DNA of 64,000 bases, taken from positions 1 to 64,000 of the IMG/VR virus record IMGVR_UViG_3300046330_000229. One strand, given 5' to 3'. The notes under the pieces are model-generated. The model worked only from the letters and a program-made list of their open reading frames with translations. It had not been told where the DNA came from and ran no database searches. Position 1 is the first letter of the stretch. Every line of letters starts with the position of its first letter. Below are positions 20,298 to 30,758 of the stretch, one piece after another. The stretch comes from a virus. The translations under genes and the position numbers were made by a program.

Positions 20298-20486
20298 TTT
20301 AAATCCTTATTTCTGTGTCTATGACACTATATTTTTATTTGTTTATTTAGGTATATGTACTATTTATACGCTTAGTGTTCTCTTGGTATCTCAGAGGCTA
20401 GTGCTTGTCCGAAAGCCGAAAAATATGACGTATTATTTTATACTATATATCTACTATATATGTTAAATCTTAGTAAAAAGAGGGGT

Positions 20487-21452
20487 TTACCACCCCCCAA
20501 TGTCCTCAATCTTCACTTTTTTAGCTACAGGCTTAACTTCCGGCACTACTGCTTTAGCTACGCTATTCGTTGCTGCGTTAGCTGAAGTAGGTACTTTTTT
20601 AACCTTAGAGATCTTATGTTTACGATATTTATCTAAACGATCTTTACCTAAAAGCTTCTCTAATTTCTCTGGATCGCTGTGTTTATCTAGTAAACCCTTG
20701 AAATCATTATGTAATTTTGATTCTACGTAAGGCATAATGTCTTCAATTGTACAATCTTCCCAACCACCTTCAATAGCCGCTGACCAGATGTCGCTAACTC
20801 GACGCACAAAATACGGCTCTGCTGGAAAAGAACTAGCTTCTAGTGCTGTAATCATCTTAGTTTGGATCTCTTCGTAATTGCGACGTGTTGCCTCTTCTAG
20901 ACGAGCTTTACGAGTCTCTTCTTCCTTAGTCTTCTCTGATTCTTCGTAAGCTTTAAGTTTACGCTCATATTCTTCAATTTTCTTTTGTTCTGGAGTCTTA
21001 GACTCTTCTTCTAGATCTTGTAATAAGATTTGTTCAGCTAACTTACGAACATCGTGACCTAGTGCTGGATTACGTAAAACCTTCAAAGGGTCTTCTTGTA
21101 ACATCTTAACTAGTTGATCAGCTTGTGCTCGATATTGTTTAGCTTCTGAGAACTTCTCTTCTGAGGCCATAGCTTTTTGTACGTAAGACTTGATAGATTC
21201 TTCGTCATTCATATCAATTTCAACGGTTTTAGATTTACCGTTTACTTTAACTTCTAGAGATTTAATTGCTTTTTTAATCTCTTTAGCTTCTTCTTTACTG
21301 ACATCTTCTAGATCAATAGCTTCTAATTCAGCTAGATCCGCTTCTGCTGTAGCATTTGCCGGAGCTGTATTATTTGTTGATGTTTCTACTGGGGCGGGAG
21401 CGTTTGTAGCTGCTTGAGGCGTAGCTGTACCTTGACTGTTGTCTTCTGACAT
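20487..21452 (-). CDS. Capsid scaffolding protein
   Basis: Acidic/charged coiled-coil with a VKVNG motif, directly upstream of the capsid gene. Confidence 0.75.
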   Translation of the reverse strand: MSEDNSQGTATPQAATNAPAPVETSTNNTAPANATAEADLAELEAIDLEDVSKEEAKEIKKAIKSLEVKVNGKSKTVEIDMNDEESIKSYVQKAMASEEKFSEAKQYRAQADQLVKMLQEDPLKVLRNPALGHDVRKLAEQILLQDLEEESKTPEQKKIEEYERKLKAYEESEKTKEEETRKARLEEATRRNYEEIQTKMITALEASSFPAEPYFVRRVSDIWSAAIEGGWEDCTIEDIMPYVESKLHNDFKGLLDKHSDPEKLEKLLGKDRLDKYRKHKISKVKKVPTSANAATNSVAKAVVPEVKPVAKKVKIEDIGGW

Positions 21453-21556
21453 TGTATTTTCCTTTGTTCGTTCCTATACTTGATAGGGTACGGGTTTAAA
21501 GTGAGCATCCACAAAATGCGGGTAGTCTCATAAATATATGTTAATTTACTTTCAAT

Positions 21557-22684
21557 TTAGTGTAGATCAATCCAAATAGATCCATCGTATACTTGTAATT
21601 TTGTAACTGTAGTGTTGAAAATAATCATACCACTTACTGCTGTTAGAGCATCTCTCACTAAGGTAGTCATATTGGGAGCAAGAAACGGTTTAGTATCTAT
21701 GTAATTTTTAGTAGCCGCGTCTTGCGGGTCTACCGGATTTGCCATATTCTTAATATTTTGATTATCTAAAGTTATTACATCTGAGAAAAAAGTAACACTA
21801 TTTGAAGCATTAAATTCAATATCACCATTTGGATAAATGCTAAAATCTGATGAAGTACTATTTACACTATCTAAAGAAAATGCAGCAACTTGAGTTAAAT
21901 CTACACTAAGACCTGAACTTAATCCGGTTCCAACAGTCGCTAAACTGATAGAACTAGGAGCATTTAAAATAGTACCAGTGTTAGCTCCATTAACAGATTG
22001 TAAAGAAATGGTATCAGAGCTATCGATATTCACATCACCGTTAGCATATATAGTTGTAGATGCAGAATTAGAGTTTACATCGTCAAATATATACATTGAC
22101 TGTTCTGTGGTAGTTGAATAATAACCAGACGCTCTTTGTAAAACAGTATTATTTGTCTCATGCTCTACAGTTGTAGGCTTTACATTAAAAAAAGTCGTAT
22201 CAGTTAAATCGGTCCTACCAATATTAACTTCTGTAGCATTTGTAGTACCTATTTGCAAAGGTGCTGCTGTAGATGAGTCTAAATCAGCGGACAGTAACAC
22301 GTCATTTAAAAATGTTTTTGCACCAGCAAGCTCTTGAGCGCCAGTAGTTACATAGCCTTCATCAGTCGCCGAAGCAGGAGTCATGCTAATATTAGGAGTT
22401 GTTGTTCCGTCAGTAACATTTACAGGTAGCGTAGCCGTGACTTCCGATACTGTACCAGAACCGCCCCCACCCGCACCGACTTCTTCCCAGTTTAAATCTA
22501 CATCGTCAGTAAGTTTTTTATATACATTACCGTCAGTTTTACACAAATATAACGAACCCTTTTTAGCTACAATAACTTCGTCTGTTGGAATTTTAATACC
22601 ACTTTCAATAGATAAATTAGTATCTTTAAATGTAAGCTGCCCTTTAATATTTGATATTTTTTTGTTAAATAAATTTTCTGACAT
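21557..22684 (-). CDS. Fibre / head-decoration-like structural protein
   Basis: GSLYL...VYKK, GTVSEV, NMANPVDPQDAATKNYID, GMIIFNTT...LQVYDGSIW motifs. Confidence 0.65.
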   Translation of the reverse strand: MSENLFNKKISNIKGQLTFKDTNLSIESGIKIPTDEVIVAKKGSLYLCKTDGNVYKKLTDDVDLNWEEVGAGGGGSGTVSEVTATLPVNVTDGTTTPNISMTPASATDEGYVTTGAQELAGAKTFLNDVLLSADLDSSTAAPLQIGTTNATEVNIGRTDLTDTTFFNVKPTTVEHETNNTVLQRASGYYSTTTEQSMYIFDDVNSNSASTTIYANGDVNIDSSDTISLQSVNGANTGTILNAPSSISLATVGTGLSSGLSVDLTQVAAFSLDSVNSTSSDFSIYPNGDIEFNASNSVTFFSDVITLDNQNIKNMANPVDPQDAATKNYIDTKPFLAPNMTTLVRDALTAVSGMIIFNTTVTKLQVYDGSIWIDLH

Positions 22685-22686
22685 AA

Positions 22687-23403
22687 TTAGTTTCCTTTTA
22701 TAAATGATTTTAGTTTTTCAAATCCAATAGGATTGTACACTTGATCGGCTACATCTTCTACTTGATCGTTGCCTATAAAATGTCCGCGATTGTAATATTC
22801 TGACACTTTAGGAAAATCATTATTAAGTATAGCTTCTTCTACCTGACCCGCGTCTACGTTAAATGTATTTTCTAAATGAGCTTTAACGGAAGGCGTGTCA
22901 GGATAAGGAATTTTAGTTTGTTCTCTAGGTAAAGTCATCTTATTTATATTATTAAGTAGAGGAGACAAACCCTTTTTACTATCACTAGCATGCTTCATTT
23001 CATGAATTACAGTAGATAACTGTTGATCTCTATTTAAGTCGGAATTAATACTTAGTGTGTCATTTTTGGGATCATACTCACCCATGCGAGTGTTACTTGA
23101 CATTTCTTTATATACAGGAGGCGATATATCAGCTTTTTTTGATAACATTTGAACTAATTTTTGATTAGTTGTGTTCGGATTTCTATCGTTAATTAATGCT
23201 TTTTGTAAATTATCCACACGAGAATTATAATAATCACTAGCTTTTCTATTCACAGCGTCCGCGTATATGTCGTCATTTAATGGAGTAGGCACTCTTTGTG
23301 GATTAAAATCCTTTTGTCTTTCGCCTAGACGCACTTTTAGAGCTTCTGTGTCCAACTGATCGTAATCCTCTCCTAATAATTCTTTAAGCATTTTATCTTG
23401 CAT
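22687..23403 (-). CDS. Zincin-like metallopeptidase-domain protein in the structural module
   Basis: GEYDP..DTLSIN...STVIHEMKHASD (HExxH); start set at MQDKML (ORF track starts 23445). Confidence 0.6.
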   Translation of the reverse strand: MQDKMLKELLGEDYDQLDTEALKVRLGERQKDFNPQRVPTPLNDDIYADAVNRKASDYYNSRVDNLQKALINDRNPNTTNQKLVQMLSKKADISPPVYKEMSSNTRMGEYDPKNDTLSINSDLNRDQQLSTVIHEMKHASDSKKGLSPLLNNINKMTLPREQTKIPYPDTPSVKAHLENTFNVDAGQVEEAILNNDFPKVSEYYNRGHFIGNDQVEDVADQVYNPIGFEKLKSFIKGN

Positions 23404-23404
23404 A

Positions 23405-23629
23405 TTATTCAGCCTTGTTGTCTTTTTCAGCAAAACTTTGAGCAACCTTGCCAGTAAATGCCGCGCCTAAAAATACAGAAACTACTCCAACAACACTATC
23501 AACAGGTTGTTGTCTGTAAAGACATACTACGGTAATAAGACACGCAGATAGTACACAAACTAGACTTAAAAATCTAGTCATACTTAAATTTCCAGTATCC
23601 GACATAAGTGCTAAGAAGAAATTTTTCAT
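23405..23629 (-). CDS. Holin-like two-TM membrane protein
   Basis: G.LSMTRFL motif, two hydrophobic helices, GKVAQSFAEK charged tail. Confidence 0.6.
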   Translation of the reverse strand: MKNFFLALMSDTGNLSMTRFLSLVCVLSACLITVVCLYRQQPVDSVVGVVSVFLGAAFTGKVAQSFAEKDNKAE

Positions 23630-23630
23630 A

Positions 23631-23831
23631 CTAAACTGTTACAGTCATTCCCATTATTTGAGACAACTTCGTACATATAGTATTGATACCCCAGTGAGTA
23701 TCTATGGAAAGTAAATCTAATGATAAGACTTCTACTTTTAAATCTACAGATTTGCCTTGTACTGTATAGGTAACTTCGCAAGTTAGTTTGTTTGAGGACA
23801 CGACGTGTGTATATTTTGTTAATTTTCCCAT
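23631..23831 (-). CDS. Hypothetical protein
   Basis: ORF with AAGGA RBS. Confidence 0.5.
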   Translation of the reverse strand: MGKLTKYTHVVSSNKLTCEVTYTVQGKSVDLKVEVLSLDLLSIDTHWGINTICTKLSQIMGMTVTV

Positions 23832-23848
23832 TTTTAATTTCCTTTGTA

Positions 23849-24373
23849 TTAAGTTGTTATTAAGTAGTAATCACCCTGATTGGCGCATTGCAAGTTGTTA
23901 TCGCTATATCTGTTACAAAGAGATGTAATAATAAAATCACAATCTAGACCTTGATTAAATGCGTAAAAGTATTTACTTTGAAATGCGTATCTTTGATCAA
24001 CTTTTACTTTAATAATTTTATTACTAAAAAGCTCTACACACTCTTCATACAAATCAACTAAATCGTAGGACGCTTGTATTCTACTAGTATTATCTCCACC
24101 AAAAGGTGCCGAAGGATTTTGGTCAATTACATACCTATCTATTGCATTACTTACTGGCTCCGGTTGTTGTGTAATACCTAAACTTGCTGTAGACAATAAA
24201 TCTTTTAAAATATCTATGATTTGTGTGTTTTGAATTGATTGTAAATACTCTGTGTAATAAAATAGAACGTCCCCTGGGTTTAGTGTACCCTCTTCCATTC
24301 TAGTTTTAATGTCCTCGTACATTTTAACAGCGTCTTTGTGATATTGGTATAATTCTCTCGGTTGTGCTGCCAT
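23849..24373 (-). CDS. Hypothetical protein
   Basis: ORF with GAGGG RBS in the late operon. Confidence 0.55.
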   Translation of the reverse strand: MAAQPRELYQYHKDAVKMYEDIKTRMEEGTLNPGDVLFYYTEYLQSIQNTQIIDILKDLLSTASLGITQQPEPVSNAIDRYVIDQNPSAPFGGDNTSRIQASYDLVDLYEECVELFSNKIIKVKVDQRYAFQSKYFYAFNQGLDCDFIITSLCNRYSDNNLQCANQGDYYLITT

Positions 24374-24541
24374 CTAAATACCCTCTTCTTCTTGTAAAAT
24401 TATAGTACTAAAACCATCAAAGTGTTCTATAGAATATTCAACTTCTTCTATTTTTGTAAAAGAATCTAAAGCTTCTCTATTCACAGAACTCATTAATAAA
24501 ACCCTATCACCATTTGGTAAAACTTCAAATAAACTATACAT
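24374..24541 (-). CDS. Small 55-aa ORF not in the track (possible fibre-assembly helper)
   Basis: MYSLFEVLPNGDRVLLMSSVNREAL...QEEEGI*; fills the gap exactly between neighbouring genes. Confidence 0.55.
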   Translation of the reverse strand: MYSLFEVLPNGDRVLLMSSVNREALDSFTKIEEVEYSIEHFDGFSTIILQEEEGI

Positions 24542-24542
24542 A

Positions 24543-26831
24543 TTAAAACCCTTTCAGTAAAACATAACCAGGAGTAACTCCGACACCGGCAGTACTTACT
24601 CTTGCTCTAATTAATTGTGTTTGAACGTCGACTATAGTAACCTGTACTGTACTAGACGCCACAGCAGTTAGCGGCGTGCCTAGAACGTACCAAGAAGCGC
24701 CCATATCGTCAGAACCTTCGAGTTGTAGCTCTGGTGGCGTTGTTACAATCGCACCTACGTTAAAAACCAACTGAACATTAGACGCATTGTGAACTCTTAG
24801 TGAAGGAGTTGTAGCATTTGGTGTAGTTAAAACAACGCTTCTGTTTATTATTTGGCTTATTCTACTAGAAAGGGAACCGCTGCCTTGTAGTCTTTGAATT
24901 TGTCGAGTAAAAGAAGGTGTAGTACCGCTGATAGTCTGAACATATCTGACCTGACCTACAGCCGCGAACTCGGGAGTAAAATACTGACCGGTAGTAGTAA
25001 TTCTAGGCATGTCGTATATTCTAGTCCAAGAAACCCCGCCATCATAAGACTGCTCTATACCTAAATCATAGGTAGGTAAAGTCCCCGATACTGCGGAAAT
25101 ATTTAATACTAATTGGAAAGTAGTACCGAACGTAGGTGTAACGCCTGCGGTAGTTGTCGTGGTAGTGACAGCAGCAAGTGTTGTGTCCTGTATTCTACCA
25201 GGTATAGCCAGATTCGCAGCAGTAACACCTGTCACAGAAGACACGGTAGTAATAGTACCGGAAGCAACCGTTACGGTAGAGGAACCTCCGCCAACAAACA
25301 CGCTATTTGTAGTGAAGGGAGCTTGTTTTGTTATAGTTCTAGTGTTTACTGTACCAGTAGAAGCCGAAGCCATTCTAATTCTAAAATACTGAGCCATTAT
25401 AGGAAAATTGTATATAGTTTCTGTAGTACCTATACCGATAGCGCTAACTGACGTTGCAAGCGACGTAGATGCTGAGTTTTGAACGGGTAAAACTATACCA
25501 GAAGTTTGAGCCGGATCTCCGGTTTGTTCTACAGCAAATGTCCCAGATGCGACGCTACCTCTAATGCTAAAACTTACAGAGTTCATACCCTTAGCATCAA
25601 TCCATCCAGTAGTCGATACTACACCTGTCATCAAATTTGTGTTTATAGCGGGAGTAGCTAATGTTTGTGTAAATAATTGTCCGTCTTCTGTTTTTGTTGG
25701 TATTGTTGATTGATTTGAAGCAATAACAACTGGAGTAGAAGTTATCATAGGCGCTTGGCCTAAGTTTGGAGTTTTAATATCAATACTATTTACAGAGGTG
25801 GCGGTATTTGAAGTATTTGTTGCTATTCCACTGGATATAGAAGCATTAGTACTGTCAGAAACAACCAACGCTTCTCCGTTAAAAACAGCCTCTCTGTACT
25901 CATTATTATCTACGTCAAACCCTCCAATTTTAACAAAGTCTACGCCAGGGTCAGGACCAATAGTACCGGTAGTAGCGGTGACCGTAGGCATAACGGTAGG
26001 TTGAACGTCTAACGGCTTAATTTCATCTATAGTATCTTGTGTTAAACTAAATTCACCAGTTAGAGAATTAGACACTTCAACAATTTGATGACCTTTGGAA
26101 TTTAAAATAATCTCAGATTGATCTCCATCAGTTAAAGTTGGCGGAGTTTGTTTATACACACCACCTACTAATTGATCCACGGATGCTGCCCCTATATTCG
26201 TACCCGCTGCTGCAATTGTAGAGTATGTAGTCCCTGATACAACTTGAGTATAAGATTCTATAGTAGTTAGAATATTAGTTTGAGCTTGTTGTTCAGTTAA
26301 AGTTGCTGCACCTGTTGGTAACGGCAAAGATGTTGTTGATACGGGGACCGGAGTGGCTCTTAGTTGTGTATTAGTTAAAGGTCCTGTTACAGCAATCGGC
26401 GAAGTTAACTTTGAATCAATGGAAGCCAGTGAAGCGTTTCCAGTTGTTTGTAGTGCTGAAGTAGATGCGCCTATCGGTAGAGGTAAAGATAATGCTGATA
26501 TAGGAATAGGATTTCCCGAGTCATTCCCAATTTCAACTTCACCAGGAATTGTTACTGGACCCGTGATGTTCACAACGGCAGCGCCTAGATCTACAGGTAT
26601 TCTACCTAGTACGGGAGTAACGCCCATAATATTTGTGTTAATAGATCCATCAGGATTAACAGTCATTAAGTCGCCGGTGATTCTGTCACCAATAGCAATA
26701 CTATCATCCGAGGCGTCAATTGTTACAGTAAAAGCTCCTCCTGAAGTAGTACGAAGTGAGTCAGTAGTATGATCAAACACCTTTTTTATGATGTTTTCCA
26801 TATTTAACATTGATCCTGGTATTGAAGCCAT
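24543..26831 (-). CDS. Large beta-rich virion fibre/spike protein
   Basis: T/S/G-rich; LPLPIGASTSALQTTGNASLASIDSK repeats; C-terminal jelly-roll-like repeats. Confidence 0.7.
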   Translation of the reverse strand: MASIPGSMLNMENIIKKVFDHTTDSLRTTSGGAFTVTIDASDDSIAIGDRITGDLMTVNPDGSINTNIMGVTPVLGRIPVDLGAAVVNITGPVTIPGEVEIGNDSGNPIPISALSLPLPIGASTSALQTTGNASLASIDSKLTSPIAVTGPLTNTQLRATPVPVSTTSLPLPTGAATLTEQQAQTNILTTIESYTQVVSGTTYSTIAAAGTNIGAASVDQLVGGVYKQTPPTLTDGDQSEIILNSKGHQIVEVSNSLTGEFSLTQDTIDEIKPLDVQPTVMPTVTATTGTIGPDPGVDFVKIGGFDVDNNEYREAVFNGEALVVSDSTNASISSGIATNTSNTATSVNSIDIKTPNLGQAPMITSTPVVIASNQSTIPTKTEDGQLFTQTLATPAINTNLMTGVVSTTGWIDAKGMNSVSFSIRGSVASGTFAVEQTGDPAQTSGIVLPVQNSASTSLATSVSAIGIGTTETIYNFPIMAQYFRIRMASASTGTVNTRTITKQAPFTTNSVFVGGGSSTVTVASGTITTVSSVTGVTAANLAIPGRIQDTTLAAVTTTTTTAGVTPTFGTTFQLVLNISAVSGTLPTYDLGIEQSYDGGVSWTRIYDMPRITTTGQYFTPEFAAVGQVRYVQTISGTTPSFTRQIQRLQGSGSLSSRISQIINRSVVLTTPNATTPSLRVHNASNVQLVFNVGAIVTTPPELQLEGSDDMGASWYVLGTPLTAVASSTVQVTIVDVQTQLIRARVSTAGVGVTPGYVLLKGF

Positions 26832-26844
26832 TTATATCTCCTGA

Positions 26845-28815
26845 TTACTGTCTTGGTGGTTGGATGTTAGGATTCATCTGTAAAGATGGATCTACTGCCG
26901 GAGCTTCTGGTACAGGTCCGGTGTTATCTGGTTCACTCATTGGTCCAGCTTCAGGAGACATTTGTCCCTGTACGTTCTGACCACCCTGTTCCGGTGGAGG
27001 TTGCATGCCAGCAAGACTAGGGATTTTTAAAATACTTAACAATCCTGGGTCTGTTGTTTTCATAAGATCGACATGCTCTAAAATATGTTGATAAACTAAA
27101 TCAGCAACTTCACCTTCGCGTAAATCTGGATCAGCAATCACAGCTTGATGTTCTAAAATATGCTGTACGTGATCATCTAAGGCAATAGCTCTAACTGGAA
27201 CACCTAACATCATCTTTTCATTTTCAGATAAAGCTAAAATAGTATGACGTTGAGTTGGATCGATCATTACATCTAGTCTTCCTGATGTAAGTACCGTTAA
27301 ATAGTCAGCAGGATTTTTGATGATACCGTATTGCAACATATCTGTAGCAATTTGAGCACGTCCTGCGTGAGTTTGAGACAACGGATTGGCAACTTCAACA
27401 GTGACGCGATTGATTTTATCTAGATCGTCACCAACAAATTGTTTCTCAATATAATTTTTATTAGCTAATCCACCAAGCATAACGATGCGAGGAGTGTTTG
27501 CAAATGTTTTCAATAAATTAATTACACCAGTTCCAACATCTTCCATCAAACGTATATATTGTTGCTGAAGACCTGACATGTATTGTAAAGATGTAGATTG
27601 AACTAGAGCTAAAGCTGTACCTGAACGTAAAGATGCTTCTGGATTTCCTCTGGTTACAGAAGATACTCCAGAGATTGTTTCCATTTGTGTCTCTAACGTT
27701 TTAGCGAAATTAAATACTTCTGCTGGAGTGTTAGTGAAGTTGATAGGAACTGGAGCTTCGTTACCTTCAATGATGTTTAATCCACCTTCTAAAGATTTAG
27801 GCATAATATCAGATCCGCGTTTAACGAAAATACTTTGCACAGCAAATGCTGATTGATTAGAAAGAATAGCAGAGTATGTAGCATTTAACGCATCTTGAAT
27901 TTGTAGTAAAGGAAACATCGGAGAGTAACCAAAAGATGTACCCATAACGTCACGAGCTGCAACACGGTAAATTGGTAAACCTGGATACGGATTAGCCATG
28001 TCCATTAACGTTGTTGTATCATCTACGAACAATAAATAACGACCATCAGGCATAGCGTCTGTTTTTTTATGAATAAATTCATATACAGCAATGTCATCTG
28101 TTCTATTTTCAGAGAATAAGTCCATACCATAATTAAAGTAATCGTCTGCTGGACGAACGTTCTTAATTTTCTCAGCTTGATCAGGGTATTTAGCCATTAG
28201 GTCATATTTGTTTTTAAATGTACGGCATAAAACCCAGTCGTGTTCTTCTGACGAACGATTAACATCAAACATAACATTGAAAGGTGTAATATTACGAAAT
28301 TCAATATCACCTTCTTTAGTTTCAACGCCAGTTTCATCATCAATATCATAAACAGCACCAAGTGTAGCATTCCATTCCATTTTAATGTAACCAGTACCTA
28401 AAATAAGAGCAGATTCAACAGCCTTAGACAAATACTTCTCTAAGTTTTTTTCTCTCATGTAATATTCAAGAAGAGAGGCAGCTAATTTGGATTGAATAAT
28501 AGATTTACTGTCAGAATTAGAAGCTTTAGCAGCAAATGCCGGCTTATTAGCTGTAATCATGACGTGCATGTGTTGAGCAATATTACAATAGTGATTAATG
28601 TCTATTTTAGTAAGCTCGCCTTGTTCGCCACCAAAAGAAATTTTGTGTCCGTCTGAACCACTAAACATTCCATGATAAGCTAAATACGAACGTTGTATTG
28701 TATCGAAGTAGTTATTAGAATATAACCCTTTGTACCAGTCATTAGCTCGACGAAGCAAATCCGATGCTGTCGTATCCGAGTCCTGGGCTGCGAAGTACTT
28801 GTTTGAATCTGACAT
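26845..28815 (-). CDS. Portal protein
   Basis: 656 aa after the terminase; G.GYIK..W, METISGVSSVTRG, SGTALAL motifs; P/Q-rich tail. Confidence 0.85.
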   Translation of the reverse strand: MSDSNKYFAAQDSDTTASDLLRRANDWYKGLYSNNYFDTIQRSYLAYHGMFSGSDGHKISFGGEQGELTKIDINHYCNIAQHMHVMITANKPAFAAKASNSDSKSIIQSKLAASLLEYYMREKNLEKYLSKAVESALILGTGYIKMEWNATLGAVYDIDDETGVETKEGDIEFRNITPFNVMFDVNRSSEEHDWVLCRTFKNKYDLMAKYPDQAEKIKNVRPADDYFNYGMDLFSENRTDDIAVYEFIHKKTDAMPDGRYLLFVDDTTTLMDMANPYPGLPIYRVAARDVMGTSFGYSPMFPLLQIQDALNATYSAILSNQSAFAVQSIFVKRGSDIMPKSLEGGLNIIEGNEAPVPINFTNTPAEVFNFAKTLETQMETISGVSSVTRGNPEASLRSGTALALVQSTSLQYMSGLQQQYIRLMEDVGTGVINLLKTFANTPRIVMLGGLANKNYIEKQFVGDDLDKINRVTVEVANPLSQTHAGRAQIATDMLQYGIIKNPADYLTVLTSGRLDVMIDPTQRHTILALSENEKMMLGVPVRAIALDDHVQHILEHQAVIADPDLREGEVADLVYQHILEHVDLMKTTDPGLLSILKIPSLAGMQPPPEQGGQNVQGQMSPEAGPMSEPDNTGPVPEAPAVDPSLQMNPNIQPPRQ

Positions 28816-28849
28816 ATATACACATCCTTATATTATATATGTTAAATTA

Positions 28850-30373
28850 CTAGCGTTTACGGCCTCTAAGTTTAGGGGTAAACAGCTCCTTGGCAAAAGT
28901 CTCAAATGGGGTCTTATTTGCGTCTTGCGGGTTCTGATTATAGAAGTAATTAGAGTTATAACCTTCTGATGGGTTAGGGTTTTTCTGAAAATTGACGTTA
29001 CGACACAAGTACATAAGTGCAGCTATACCATCGTAGTGACCTTTATCGGGACTACGAGAGAAACTAGTCTTGGCTTTGTTCCAAGTACCTGATTTTAAAT
29101 GCTTTATTAGGTTTACACACTTAGGATCTATGATGATTTTCTCCGATTTTATCAACATTCGCATGTTATTAAGGGCACCATCGAAGTTATCCTTGGCTGT
29201 AGGCATAAAAGTAAGATTGTGCTTTACTGACAAATCTTGTAATAAGATCAAATTATTGTTATCCGCCACTCTCAAATGTGGTTTATTGGGTTCACCTAGC
29301 TGAAAGTTGAAATAACTAGCTAGTTCCTTGTTTTTAACCTCTAAGGCTAAATTATCAGTAAGCATTGACTTTCCTGATAGCACTAGTTCGTCTTTTATAA
29401 CTAGTTTTGCATTTTGGAAATCATATAAAGCGAAAATAACAAAAGTTAAATCTTTAAAACCAATATCCATAGATACGTAACCATCATAGTGCTGAGGGTT
29501 AATCCACGGTTTGATAATTTTATCTCGTAAAGCTTCGTTTGTAAACTCAGGCACAACGCAATTATCTTCATCGACAACAATGTTACACAAATACTCTCGT
29601 TGAAAAGAAGAAGACTCTAAACCACCAATAGGTGCTGCTATTTCTTTAGCAATATACTCGCGTGTGTCTGTGTAACCGCTATCGATAGCATCGTTATCCA
29701 TACGTTCATTGTCGTAAATAGTATATTTAATTAGTTTATCATTAAATTCGTAATCATTCATGTACTTAATGAAATCATGATCATTAGTTTTAGATGGAGT
29801 TGAAGCCATTAGGATTTTTTTACCCTTTGTACCTGTACCTCGAGTGATAGTTGGTAGCAAAATAGACTTGATGATGTATTCTAAGTCATGACAGAAGCCC
29901 GCCTCATCAACGATACACAGATCTGCGGAGATACCACGTACCTTTTCAGCATTACCCTTTTCAGTACCAGCCAGATGTATCTCCGAACCATTCATTTCAA
30001 AGACAATCTTACCTTCATTAGCTTTATATTTAATTTTATCACGAATATTCTTTGGACAGTCTTCCAAAATAGCTCTGAAATTAGGCAAAACTACGGTCTT
30101 AAGATCTTTTGCTGTAGGAGCAAGGTATTTAACAATAGCGTTAGGTTTTTTTAGACACAATTCAATAGCTGTAGTCAATAAAGCGAAGGTTTTACCCCAT
30201 GCACGAGAACAAGCAACTACCATAATCTTATCGGTGCTATTATGTAGCTTATTGTACATATCTTTTTGTGTTCTATGCAATTTATAAGTTAAATTAGGAA
30301 TAGCCCAAAGCTTAGCAATTGCTGCTGCCTTAGAAATAGCAGGACTATTCTTTTCTGGTGGCTGCTGCGACAA
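28850..30373 (-). CDS. terL: Terminase large subunit
   Basis: Walker A SRAWGKT, Walker B IVDEAG, ASTP motif III, FQREYL, RNase H-like MDIG, C-terminal HYDGIAALMY. Confidence 0.92.
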   Translation of the reverse strand: MSQQPPEKNSPAISKAAAIAKLWAIPNLTYKLHRTQKDMYNKLHNSTDKIMVVACSRAWGKTFALLTTAIELCLKKPNAIVKYLAPTAKDLKTVVLPNFRAILEDCPKNIRDKIKYKANEGKIVFEMNGSEIHLAGTEKGNAEKVRGISADLCIVDEAGFCHDLEYIIKSILLPTITRGTGTKGKKILMASTPSKTNDHDFIKYMNDYEFNDKLIKYTIYDNERMDNDAIDSGYTDTREYIAKEIAAPIGGLESSSFQREYLCNIVVDEDNCVVPEFTNEALRDKIIKPWINPQHYDGYVSMDIGFKDLTFVIFALYDFQNAKLVIKDELVLSGKSMLTDNLALEVKNKELASYFNFQLGEPNKPHLRVADNNNLILLQDLSVKHNLTFMPTAKDNFDGALNNMRMLIKSEKIIIDPKCVNLIKHLKSGTWNKAKTSFSRSPDKGHYDGIAALMYLCRNVNFQKNPNPSEGYNSNYFYNQNPQDANKTPFETFAKELFTPKLRGRKR

Positions 30374-30758
30374 GATCTACCTCACTGACATCACGAAAAT
30401 CAACGTTAGTTGTGTTTTCTGTGGGTTGAGAACGAATCAATCTTAAATTCTTAATCAATAAATCTAATTTTTTAACATCATTGATGTCTAGTTCTCTAGT
30501 TTTAGACCGTTCTTTAAGAATACCAATTTGTTCTACACAAATTAGTTCTTCTTCGTTACCGTGTCCACCAATAATTAATGATGGGTTGTTTTTTAATAAA
30601 TCATTTGCGTGTTCTAATTGCTTTTTTAACTGTTCGCATTCACGCATAAACTTTTCAAGCAGCTCTTGTTGTTTTTGTACAAACTCTTTCACGTCTTTAG
30701 GTTTAGATTTTTCGAGAAACTCCTTACGAAGTTCTTCGATACTAATTATATTAGACAT
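30345..30758 (-). CDS. Putative terminase small subunit
   Basis: Helical 137-aa ORF overlapping the TerL start; called on position only. Confidence 0.45.
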   Translation of the reverse strand: MSNIISIEELRKEFLEKSKPKDVKEFVQKQQELLEKFMRECEQLKKQLEHANDLLKNNPSLIIGGHGNEEELICVEQIGILKERSKTRELDINDVKKLDLLIKNLRLIRSQPTENTTNVDFRDVSEVDLVAAATRKE

